NCBI GenBank assembly: GCA_003344405.1
Contig: NOWV01000105.1
Span: 124,001-188,000 of the forward strand
Reading direction: 5' to 3'
Length of the DNA: 64,000 nucleotides
From: Trichoplax sp. H2
Lineage: Eukaryota
The translations under genes and the position numbers were made by a program. Numbering within the stretch: the stretch's first letter is position 1; every line of letters starts with the position of its first letter. The notes under the pieces were generated by a model that made no database searches, was not told where the DNA came from, and worked only from the letters and a program-made list of their open reading frames with translations. This document shows, piece by piece, positions 24,930 to 38,119 of the stretch.

Positions 24930-27900
24930 TTCTCCCTTTCAGGCTTCACCCCCCCCCCTCGGCGCGGACGACCGGACGACTGGTACTGTTCGCCCAGTGT
25001 TCACTCACGGTTCAGTGGAATGGCGTGGAAACATGGATAGAACTACGTCAGTAAATTTCCTCTTGGAAATTTCTGTCCAAGATGGCTTAGTCTATTTGCA
25101 TAGGACTGCTAGAAATCACATTTCCTTTTCATGTAATAGTCGTTGAGCCGTGTATCTATATAGCTAGGTTTCAAATTCTTCTGTGTCTCTCAAAAAGGAT
25201 ATCATCTCAAGGAGAGTAGAAGAAAGTGGCAGCGTTTATCCGATATGCCCAAAGCGGTGTACCGTACATGAATGCATGTACCTGACTGATGGACACTGTA
25301 TAGGCACGATTGCTTACATTAAACACTATATAGCATTGACTATCGCATAGACTTTACGTTAGTCATTGGATCTTCACCTCTAAAATATATCGTCAAAGCA
25401 AAGAGAGAACGACTGTTGAGCAAAATGGTCAGCCATAACATTTTTGGCTATATCAATCGTTAACAGCCCTTCTCTCTTTCTTGTAGTAGTCCCTGGCCAT
25501 ATTCAGAGCTCCGAGTAGTCTATGGTACAGTGAACAAGCGCAGGGGCCACTCAATGAAATAGTAGTGAGCCAAATCTTCCCTTTCCTCCTTCACTCTTGC
25601 CCTGTCATTCCACCATAGGAACTGACTATCGATTCTATCGCTACTGTGCAATATTCATTTGGGTGCTTTAATCCTGTTCATCACATTCATGACAGTCGTT
25701 TAGGGAGTATCGATGAGTGTGGTTAGTAAATTATGCTTGATATTGATTACTAGCTGACCATTTGTCCTGTACGGTCATGCATTCCAATGGAAGTGCAAAA
25801 GGACAGTCTCATAATTTACTCTAAAGCAAAAGCTTCTGCAATCTCTTCTACGTTACCCCGTGAGGCTCATTGCACACTAAATTGAAATCCATTATTAGAC
25901 TGCGTTGTATAAAATTCTCGAGTTACTACGGTAACTTTGTGCTCATGCCGAGATATCCGATTACTGGTACTATTGTTTCGGCTATAAGAATTAATTAAAT
26001 GTAGAGTACAGTCTTGATTGGTCTACTTGTGTCAATATGCTTTTCCTTTCTACATCACAAACCAATACCAAGCGAGCAGGCTAAGTTAAGGCACTTAAGT
26101 TATTTTCAGTCAGTCAATAGAGCTCCGTTTAGCTTATATCGTATAAGTCATAGGCATCCTACTTTAATTATGAATCGACTTCTACTGGTGTCTTTAGTAT
26201 CGGTAATTGCGACATTTCCAGGACTTGTAGCACCCCTTGATGGCCATCATTAATTGATATTAGCAAATGACTATGATAATGCTTTGCTATAGAATGAAAG
26301 AATGAATGTACTGTTCGTTTGTGAGCTATAGTTTGCATGGAATGATAGACAGTAATACTAATGAAATCATTAGTTGTTTCTTACAAGCGGGTAAGTTACA
26401 CTCTTGATATCGGCAGCAAAAAAAGTAAACAAATTTCTAGTATCGTCCATCGATCCACGCTTGGACACAATTCAGTGAAAATAAAAGAGTGGTGTAGTCC
26501 ATTATTTACTAGAGAAAAACTTCACGATAAGTGACAACATTGAAGAATATTACGAAATGTTTCTTATCAATTAGATTTGGACGTAGAAATCAAGGTTAAT
26601 CGATGACGTTTATGCCTGAGGCATTTAATAATAACAAGACATCTCCTTTGCTTTCAGCTTTATCTTGCCTTCGAGACCTTTCAGTAAAATAGAAGAAACA
26701 ATGGAGCCAATTTGTCAGCTCTGCCTCGTATAGAATAATAAGCAGCAATATTTTAAAGATAAACTTAGCCATTTCTTACTAATTCAAATGTCAATCATAT
26801 TTGCAGGATGATCGATGGTGTCTACTATTGCAAGCATACTATATACCATAGAAGGCGAATACGTATTTTTAATATCGTTATTAATATCTTTCTTTGGCAT
26901 TAGACTCATATAGCAATACTGGTGGAACCCTCTTGCTTTGAAGCGAGCGTTCACGATTCCACAATCCTTCCTTTACTGAAGCTACACCTATAAAAGTATT
27001 CAGTACTCTCTCTCTCTCTCTTGATATATAACTATACATAACATACATTCGCATAATTTTATTGATTTTAGTTCTCTGGCTATCTACTTGTGTCTGATTA
27101 TTATCTATTGTAATCATATACTACAGAATGCTATAAACTCGAAATTTTATTTTATTACTTACCCTGGAGACTGGATAGACACTACTAATACATACTAATG
27201 AGAAGATAGTCTTTTAATTACGGTAACATTGAATTTCCGAGAAATTCAGATTCTTACCGTAAGACTTTGGTTTATTCGAACTGTAGTGTGATAAGTTTTT
27301 AAGCATGCAAGTACCCTAGCATTGATGTACAAATAAATGATTTTTCCTACTATATCAAGATGGAATTGATTATTAAAATTTTATCTTTGCCGAAACAGGA
27401 GCTAATCTTTTACTTCGAGTAAAATGATATAATCCAAAAAAAACAGAGGGTATAGATGATGATGACCGTAAGCATCAATCACTAGAAACAAATTAGTAAT
27501 GAATAAGTAATATTTTTAGTGATACACGCCATAATACCGAAATCGAAGATCGAGTAATAAGTTGTTATAGTTATGTCTTGGCGGAAGCTGACTAGTGAAT
27601 CAAACTATCTCTGTATTACGCATTGAACGATATAAGAATTGCCGATCATATTTGATTTTAGCTAGGAATACCTTGGTTAAGATGTTAATGTTAGCTGCGT
27701 ATACAATACATACAAGAAAGGAATTGTTATGATTACTAAATAATTTATTTTGTCATCATTTATCATCGCAATATTGCTCAGGATTTCGATAGCCCTGTAT
27801 GGTTAGATTTTAGACCTCATATCATCGTCTAAAACAAGATGAAATACCTATTTATAGATTTCGAATTTTTTTTCCTTTCATTTTGATAAAATATTGAAGT

Positions 27901-29143
27901 AAATTTGCTGCACAGCTTACCAGTGATAGCGATATAATGCAGTATAGCATAGAGTTATCACATGCAATAACTAAAGAATGTACATAAAATATTTCTCCTT
28001 TCTTTTAACTTACTAAGCGTAGATAATAATCATTACTATATGGGCGTATATGAATAAAGTTAAACTATACTCGTATACGTAACCCAGTTGATAGTTTTAT
28101 ATAACATTACTGTACAAAGATGTCGTTAGATTATTCACTTTATGCATGTTTGTGGGAGTGTATTTGCCTTACTACACAAATAAAAGTTCACGTGATACTA
28201 CTAAAAGTATTTCATATTCATACTGATTAGTCCTAGTTGAAATATTGAGCCATTTATAAGGTACATTGTAGTGTAGGTTATAAGTTATCTACATCTGAAA
28301 TATTAGAGTTTTAGTTTTGATGTGAGAGTGTAAATTACACGTAAATTAATACTGTGCGATAACAGGAAAGTAATTTTTTATTTTTAATCACTTATAGCTA
28401 AGCTATAGTATAGTCTAATAAACTACGTGAAATCTACTGGCTACACAAAAGCTAACGGTCTTTGTCGGTAGACTTGGTCTGGTTCTTCATTCTAAAGCTT
28501 CAGAAAATCACTAAAAAGGATATAATCAATTTATAAACGAATTATTCCACTCTATAACAATGACCAGATCAAGGGAAATTGCTAGACCATGATCATACCT
28601 TTGTATCACTATAATAAATATCGTAATCGTTCTGTCAAGGTTGATACATAGAAATGGTAAAGTTAATTAAAGAGATTAATCTATTGCTAAAAGTAGCCAA
28701 TGATTTTTTAGCAAGATATATTCTTTAAATAAAAAACATAGCTTAGCATTAGCTCAAATTTACTATCTCTAATTAAATATTAATGATTTCTTTTCAATTC
28801 GTTAGACAATACAGGAATGTCAGAAGACACACCCGTATTTAATTTCAGATAAAATACCCACATATCCTATCGATTTCATTCGTCGAAATATAACAGTTAA
28901 ATAAATAAATCGTTATTACCTTATTATATCAACGTTACGCCCTTAGTTTTATTAACTGGCAATAAAAGGCTACCACATCAATTGCTTTGGCTCGTGATGC
29001 ATGGTATATCATCGCTTGATATAGAAAGTTATAAAAGACCCGGACTTTCTTTATTCTTGATATTTCAGTTCTCGTCAATTGTAGGTTTTAAATAAAAGTT
29101 ACTAAATAATCATTAAATTTAGCAAAGATGATTCGTACTTCAG

Positions 29144-32100
29144 TATCATGGACTACTAAAATTATTATATATAGTATTATTTCTGAGTTACACTATGCTA
29201 TTTAGTGATGCTACTTTTACGAAACTGAACAACTGTCCAGCAACTTGCACTTGTCGCTCAACCGAAGTGCGATGCAATTCTCTTACCTCTTCTGTCCATT
29301 CTGTTTTAAAACCAGGATTGCAACAACTGTGAGTAACAACTGGTAATACCTTTTAGTTTTAACACTTTGTAGAATATGTTCGATGATGGAATGTGATAAC
29401 GATTAAAAATCTTAAAATGACATTACTGATGGCTAGTATAATTCACGTGCTCACAGTCTCTTATTGTCGATATTTTAATAAATCAAGTTTCAATAATCTT
29501 ATACTAGGCCTAAATTGTGACATGAAAAGACATGTGCCATCATTTTTTGTAACAGTTATGCACGTAAACAGGAATGATTTCGGCAGAAAACTTGTATGAT
29601 TTAAGTATCTTTACAATTACTAGAACTTTTACTTGTATCAATGTGCTCTATATCTCAAATTAATGTAAGAATGACAAAGATGTCCTGAGATCAGACTATC
29701 ACAATATTATCAGTTTTATATAAAGATCTGTTAGCAAATGTATTTACTCACCACGAAAGCTAAGAGTAACGGACATTGGAATTGCTTCAAAGTTTGGAGT
29801 GATTAGCGGTTGTGCGAACATTGCATAATTAATCTTAATACGAGATATATAGAGGTACAAGGAAAAAAGTACCATACTAGACATAGGAGAGTGCAAACAA
29901 ATTTTATGTCATAAAATCATACCTGCAAAAGAAATTGGCACTTTGAGGCAACTTGATTTGCATACTAATGTAACTAAACTACTAGTGAATTTAAATGAAT
30001 TACAAGCATGACTGATTTTAATACATTATAAAGTATAGAACTCTAATGCTAGCCCTAGATTTAATCCAGACATTAAAACTAAAAATTTCTAGGACATATC
30101 ATACAGCTGTCTTGATAATCAAGTACATATATATATAGAATGAAATATATTTAAGCAGATTAGTTAGGTTTGAAACGTTGCCATAATTCATACTATCCGT
30201 GTAGAGTTTTCCATCAAGGTTTGAAGTGCGACAGTGATGGTGCACGTGAAATATTTGCCTTGGCCAATTTTCATGACGTTTCATTAATCGGCCACTGCAG
30301 TCAACCAGAACGCATGGCAGGTTTTAAATTGCGCGATGCGATGAATCAGCTAATCGAAGGTAAATTAATTAGGAATTGAAAGCTAGGTTTCATTAAAACT
30401 TAATGACTTGCAATGTCAAAGGTTATCTTTTTGATGCTATTTTATCTAAGAATTATCTGTATTTACTGTTAATAGCGTATATCATGATAGCATCACGCTA
30501 ATACTATACGGTATCAGCATGATACATAACCTTTCCTTTTAGACCGATAAATCGAAACTAACGAGTACGAAAATTATTTACTTTAGATCCTAGCTTGAAA
30601 TTTAAAGCTCTAACTAGAAAGCATTTATATCTAGAATTACGATTTATTAAGCTATCTGTGTAAATTAAAATCAATTAAATATTACGATTTACATTTTACT
30701 TCGCAGGTAAAGCCTTTAGTAGATATTTATAATGCATACACATACTAGATTATTATGTTATTCTGCTATAATACGTTGAGATTTCATAGTTTTGTAAATC
30801 TGAAAACAAATGTAGCATATAACTCCGTATTTTATTCTATATTGTACTGTAGACATAGCGTTAGCTACGATAGTATTAGCATTTATTTATGTGTAAAATA
30901 TGAGACAGATAATGCATATTTCGCAGCTAGCCGTCCGATGAAAAGAAGCATCCCATCCTTAGCAAGCACAGATCTGATTGATGGTATGTCTACGAAATAT
31001 GATTAATCGATTATTTATTTATATCATAAGTAACTTTCCGTAACGTCATGAGAGAATTTTATTTCTTAATTATGTATTTATTATAAGCTTGATGTTACTG
31101 TTGTATACCAAGAAAGTGTCAAGGATACTTTTCAACAAACTGATTGAATGTTACTTTTTAGCTCCACCCGTCAGTTCAATATTTTGCACATTTGAAAAGG
31201 ATATGTGCAATTTTCAACAAGCGTATGGAACAGACTTTAGAGAATGGTATCGCACTAGAGCTGGCCGAAGCATTGGCCCAGGAGTTACAATCACTGATCA
31301 TACAACTAAATCAAGTAAGCTAATCCTTAAACTATAGTGTAATTTAAATCTTGTACATGCTCTTATTGAAGAAATTAGATATTATAAGATTTAAAATATT
31401 CAATAAAGTCAGTTTAGTTTAAGGTGGGTAATTTAACAGTTATATAAATTCAATATCGATACCAAGGGGATATTTTCTATAGTAAGGTACTAGCATTAAT
31501 TGATTGCTAATTTATAAAAATTATTATACTATAGTTCACGGCCATTACATGTTGTTCGATGCCATTGGTATCGTTCGCGAAGAAACGATACGGTATGCTG
31601 ATTTAATTAGTCCGCCTATGCTAGCCGTGGGTACTTTTAATTTTGTTGAGGTTAGGTCAATAAAAATTAGCGACATTACAAGGCTAAATATCGCATTCCA
31701 TTTTCAACTATTTCAAGATGATTGATTAAACAATAATTTTCAGGTCACAATGTCCCTTCTTGCCTATGGTAAGCCACCTGGTAAAATTGAAGTCTATGTA
31801 CTTTACCCTAAGATGACTGCTACACGATATTTGGTAAATTCGATAAGACCAGCATCGAGTAACAACTGGGGAAATTCAAGATTTCGATTTAGAGCAAAAT
31901 ATTCTTATTATCGTGTAAGTGATCAATATGAGATTAAACATTGTAAGGTTTAAAGCAGAGAAATATGTTAACAAGTGAAATGATATCCCCTTGAAATGTT
32001 TAATAGAATAATGGATTTCATACTTAGTGTACTACTACTTAGAATAGATATTTTGCACAATTGCTATTACTTTTTTTGTATTGATAGGAGACTCTAACTA

Positions 32101-35100
32101 ACCATGCTATCGAAGTTTATAGTTATCAAACTATTCATTATTTATTAACAGATAATGATTCGTGGATATTGTGGCAAGACTTCAAATAATGAAATCCTAA
32201 TCGATGATATTGATATAAGATCACCTGGTAAGTTGCCATATATATCGTGCAGCAAGAATTGATTGATTGCTTCAATGATTTCTGTATCAACCGCGTGTTA
32301 GCATAATATTGGCCAATTGATGCTTAAGTAATGATACACTGTAGAATTTTATGACTGATAATTAATCCTACAAGCCTCAAGTTTTGGTAATTTTACTATG
32401 GCACTAGGTGCAAACTGTAGAATAGGCAATGGCCAGTACTACCGCGGACCTCGCTATTTCTCAGAAAATGGTACACGTTGTCAACCTTGGTCACTTAATG
32501 GCTCATATAATCCTACAGGGTATCGCTACTCGGATTTAATATCGAACTATTGCCGTAATCCTGTTGGAGCTCGATCTAGACCGTGGTGTTATGGGAATAC
32601 TGCGCGATACCAGTATGTAATAAAACCCTTCAAACTGCACAGTATCCATTTGGAGGTAAGACATATCTAAGTTATTATTGTTAAACTGAAAGTTATAATA
32701 TTATTGAGTAACTCAAAGAGTATCTATTTATTTTTATTGCTTTTAAGTTTTTGACTCTATGTGCGATATGAATATCTGGTTATTAGCGCTAAGTTTAAGT
32801 TTAATATAATGTATAAAATAACGACAACTCAAAGAGAACCTACTTATTTTTATTGTATTTAAATTTTAAACTTTATATACTATAATATTAATATATTGAT
32901 GTCACTCACAGGAGTAATACCACTGTCTACTCTCTTCTAATGTGAGTGATCAACTAACTTATCAGCTACTTAGTCACTCCAACTAACTATGGAGAGATAC
33001 TGTAAGTAAGACTAACAACTTCCTCACAAGTATAATAAGCGGCTTGTTGTAAGATTAGCGTTATGAGTTTTACTTCTATTCATACAACGAAAGTATAGTA
33101 CCTTGACGTACACTAGAGAAGTATCAACTGAGCGATATATTTTCTGCTTGAGCTTATATACAGTCGCCACATGTAGGTGGTGCAAAGTAGAGAAACACAT
33201 ATAATACAATTTACTCACTTAGTATGAGAAACACGATGACTAGTATCGTAACACTTGGTTATTATTGCTAAATTTAAGCTTAATATTAGTGATAGAGCAG
33301 TTCAAAGAGAGCTCATTAATTTTTATTGTATGGAAATTACAAACTCTGTTAGAGTCTAGATTAAGATTTAGTTATTCATTTCACAATATCATTTGTATTG
33401 ATCGTTATGCTATTCTAGCAAAGTATCCACTAAAAGTCATAAGTACTGGAGGAAGTCCTTACGGTGGTCGTCTGGCTATTTACTATAATGGCACTTGGGG
33501 TACGGTTTGCAGGCAAGGGTTATCATCGATTACTATTAAAGCAATGTGTAAACAATTAGGTCTAGGATCTACTGGTTATCTATCTACGGGTAAAAAACAT
33601 TGCTACGATATCAATAAGATTCTATGAATTAATTAATTAAGATAGAAATCGCATTTTTCCAAGAATAAAAAGTACGATAAGCTATACTAAGCTACTTCAA
33701 CTTGATTTATAATAATTATAAATTTTATGTAAAAGCCAAGATACTCCCTTATGCTGACACACGAATTTGGATTTCTGGCAATAATATCACCTGCCCAGCG
33801 ATTGGGACATCTCTAGAGCCATGTAGCTTAGATAATTGGGGTGAGATCGGCTCTTGCACACATGCTGATGATGCTTTTATAAATTGTTTCAAGAATCCTT
33901 CATTTCAGCCACCGCTATCAGGTTAGCGATGCTTAAAAAGTTCTAATAGTAAATAAAATGAAATTAATGCTACTTCGGAATTTTTCAAGTATATTATTCT
34001 GATATAGACTTATTCCTATATCGTTAATTTAGCAATAGGGGCACTGATTGCACCATTTGTCCGGGAAATAAGAAAATATGACGTTCTATCTGCCAATACT
34101 CTATCGATTAGGAATGGACTGAACTCCACTAGTGGATATCTGAATATGAATATAAATGGTACAAACGGAACAATTTGTTCCATAAATTGGAACATGAACA
34201 GTGCAAATGTTGCTTGTCGGCAATTAGGCTATCTAGGAGCTATCACTTCTAATGGTAAAGAAGGCGACATTGTATAAATTTACACCAGTTCTGTTTTGTG
34301 TTGTGTATTTAATTAAATCCTACAAAAGAGTTAGAAACTATTGCTGATAATCATTGAAATTAATAGCTAGAATTAAAATCAACTACGAAATGATTTATAC
34401 GATATTATTTATTTGAATCTAGCTTCACATAATGTTCCTTCGGATATTCGAACATGGATAAACTACATCGATTGCTCAGGTTTTGAAAGCAATCTTCGAG
34501 AATGTCGAATTCGCTATTCAAGTCGAAGTACTCCTTGTCCTAGTGCCAATGTCTCATCTCTTACTTGTATTCCGAAGCCATCAAAATATGGTACCTTAAC
34601 TGCCGTTAGCTTTTATCAATTTCTAAATTTTTTTTTCATCTTTATTTATTTCCCATTTTGGTAAATATTACGCACCGAGCAGATTATCGTTCCGGCCATG
34701 AGCCAGATAGATGCTTTTTTAGCTATGGCTTATGTGGTTGGGAGAATGCTGGTAAAAGAATGTGGATTTGGGATGGGAGAAATCGTTTTTTCCATAGTCC
34801 AGTCTATCCACGTAAGATTATTAATATGATATTTTTGCAATTACGATCATGCATTAATTGCCAAATAATTTTTATGATATGATATATCATAGCTATCAGT
34901 GAAGCCTATGCATACGTATACATAAGCCAGTATGATACAACACCTTCGAAAGCAGTATTAAGAAGTCCTCTACTACGCAGTATAGCTAATGTCCGACAAG
35001 CTGTAAGAAAATGACAACTTAATGTATTATAGTAATTCTGTTACGTTTTTAATCTCTAATAATAGTTCAGGCCTTAATATATGCCATGATATTGTACGTA

Positions 35101-35782
35101 TATTAGATGAGGATCCGCTACTACCTCGCAACCGATCATATTACAGGCTTTTATGCACAATATAGAAGTATGAATACACAGCGTACGAGCTTTATTGACA
35201 ACTTCCCCATAAGTTTCAGTATACAAGAAAACTGGGACGGTTATACCACAACTTTGTTCAATGCTAATGGCACTTTTAAGGTGCAAAATCAATTATTCAA
35301 GAGTCCATTTATTTAGAAAATTTTACTAGTTAATAAATAGGCTGTTTAAAAGTCATCAATTTCAATTTTACAGTTTTATTTAAATGTATTATCATTATAG
35401 ATAGAATTAGTCGTTGATTTCCAGATGGAGAATACTCCAGCATTGACAAGAAATTTAATCGCGGTGGAAAGTTTGATAGTTGCTGGCGTAACCTATGGTA
35501 TGAATCTAATTATAATCATCATACAGGCGTGTTGTTAACTGACGTGATTATAGCCAACGATAACTATCATTTTAGGTGGATGGTAGTACTATAGTATTAG
35601 CTTACAGTTTATAAGATAATTTACAATTACTAATCTTATTCCCTTCGATTAATATTCTAGATCATCCATTGTCAGGCGGTGCTATTGCTGGTATCGTAGT
35701 GGGTTCAATTGTTGTCGTTATCTTAATTGTTATTGTAGCTAAATACTTTGCAAATGGAGGTATTAAAAAGCAAGGAAAATAA
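29144..35782 (+). CDS. Type-I membrane mosaic protein: SP-LRRNT-LRRCT-like-MAM-kringle-SRCR-SRCR-MAM-like-TM. The start codon is probably on an upstream micro-exon and the kringle 3' end is unresolved.
   Basis: YHGLLKLLYIVLFLSYTMLFSDA (signal-like); CPATCTCRSTEVRC; LKCD...C SQPERMAG; CTFEKDMCNF...W...DHT...GHYM...LISP...IDDI (MAM); CRIGNGQYYRG...CQPW...NYCRNP...PWCY (kringle); GRLAIYYNGTWGTVC and GYLNMNINGTNGTIC...ANVACRQLGY (SRCR); CFFSYGLCGW...LRSP (MAM); GAIAGIVVGSIVVVILIVIVA (TM); KYFANGGIKKQGK*. Confidence 0.8.
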
Positions 35783-38119
35783 CTATGAAAGAAGCTGAAG
35801 ATGTTCTTGTTCAAATGCTATAATGGTTCTCACTGTAGATTTTATTCAATTTAATGGCTGTAGATGGCCAGTCAGATTAGTATTTACCAATAGATCTTGC
35901 TTCAAGTATGTAGTAGAGCTTATCACAACTTAAATTGTATCTTTAACAGATTTGGAAAATGCTGCTATTCATAATTAATGTAGTGAATAATATTTTAGAG
36001 CAAAGAAATTTTTATGTTTTCGTAACGAGTTACTGAAACCACCTGAGCATTCTTCAGCACATTTTAGAAGTGAAAAGAAATAAAACTTAAAAAACGTTAC
36101 TCGTGTATAGTCTTCATAAATATTTCTTATATCTACGTTGCCCAATAATAGACTACATCAATGATTTAGCTATCATAAAAAGATAGCATAATATCCCAGT
36201 TTCTGAGTTTATTGACTTGGTAATATATTAAGTCCAACACTGGTTGCTTTTGTACTGCGTTTTAGCTGTTTAGACTTCATTTGGCTGAAATTCTGACGCG
36301 ATAAAGCACTCGAGCTTGACTAGCAATATTTAAAACATACGCGTAGTTTATCTCATAATGCATGTCAATTTCTGAGGAGTAATAAGATTTTAGTTTGTTT
36401 AATTAGACTATTCAATAAGAATTTGAAATGAACTGGAGATGATGTAATAAAATTACTCCTAGGATCATATCTCGTATATGTAAAGCATTACTATGTGCAA
36501 CTTAAACGTGTATTGATTTCAGGATGATAATTACTTCATATTTACTCACGGCAATCTTCAATTATAATTATTAATAGTTACAGCAATAACAAGTGGTTCA
36601 CAATTCAAACCATTTAAGAATCATTCTTTATTTAGATATCATGAATACAGTTATATACTCATCTTGTCTGTAGAATCTGTCTGTAAAATCAAAAGGAGTG
36701 AATTCTCGTTGATTTCGGGGTATACTCGAAGTCAAACACAGCAATAGTTACGTATTTATCTGGCGCGTTGACGCAAAAAATTATAGAATAGTTATAATTT
36801 ATATTTTTGCAATTATCTATGGTGTTATATTGCAGGAGCATAGTCTGCAAATATGATGATACTGATATTCAGTTAGATTTGATAAATTGTTCAATTACGC
36901 AAAAATAGGCTACTTTATTACTTTTTAAGATTGTAAAACCAATTATAGTAAGGATTGTTTTATGCTATGTAATCAGTCGTTAATTAAGTTATACAAATAA
37001 AATTTTTATTTCATGCCGCTGGAGTTTTCAAACTTAGATGGATACTATTGAAACTGAAGGTAATATTGCAACTCAAATGTACTTAATTAGGCGATTTCTT
37101 TGGTCTCAGTTATCTTGTGATATATAATGAGCCTGCTACAGGACTGTATCTATGTTTATTTCTTCTTGTTAATGACAGTTAAGTGGTTCTTCGATTTTAT
37201 AGATAACGATTGAGCGTGAAATACCAAAGGATTGAAAGAGTTTGGCTATGTAACAGTACGCTATTGGTAGATTGTAATTTTACCAATTGATATGGCAACT
37301 AGTCTCACTAGTGTCGAATAATCATATCGGATTAATACCGCATATACTGTTGTATTGCGAGCGATATTATTGTCGATTATTTAGATTTGCCGTAAAGTTA
37401 TACCGGATAAATTTATGGCGAAAACTACGTCTGCTGTAAGTAAAGATAATATAATGACCATGGCTACAGTCTTGAATTAATTACATCATAATGATAGCGT
37501 CACGATACTTTCTTTTTTAAACTATAAGTAGTTTAAAAAAAAGTGACAAACTATTGCTATGATATCCTCTATTTTGAAATAAAAGAAATTTACAAGTCGA
37601 TAGAGATTCCATGCAGTCAATTTATATAGTCATAATAATATTAATTTAGTCTGTTCACTACCAATTTTGCGCAAATGGTTGAATCATCGCAGATATTAGC
37701 CATTCAATAAGAACAGCTCGGTTAAATGATCATTTTATACGTTTATAATACAAGGTAAGCAACACCAAAAGGCCTTTTATTATGAAGCTAAGTGATTTGC
37801 TATTCTATTGATTATATAGTGCAGGATAGCAATCTAAAACTAAGATACATGTATACCGTCAGCGATATATATCACATAATAAGTTACACAAATTTATTAT
37901 TAAAACTTAGTTGTTCCAGAGAACGCGAAATTTAATTGTGTAATTGCTATACTACCTTTAATGACCATTAAACTAACACAGTAGATGTTTCTATAACTGA
38001 TTATTGTCGAAATTGCTAATTTCGACTCCTAACAAAGTAATCCTAGCATATTCATCACGGATTTAGTGTTCAAATGCTACTGGCTTAGAACTCACAACTA
38101 TTATGGCTTGATAGCTTTA

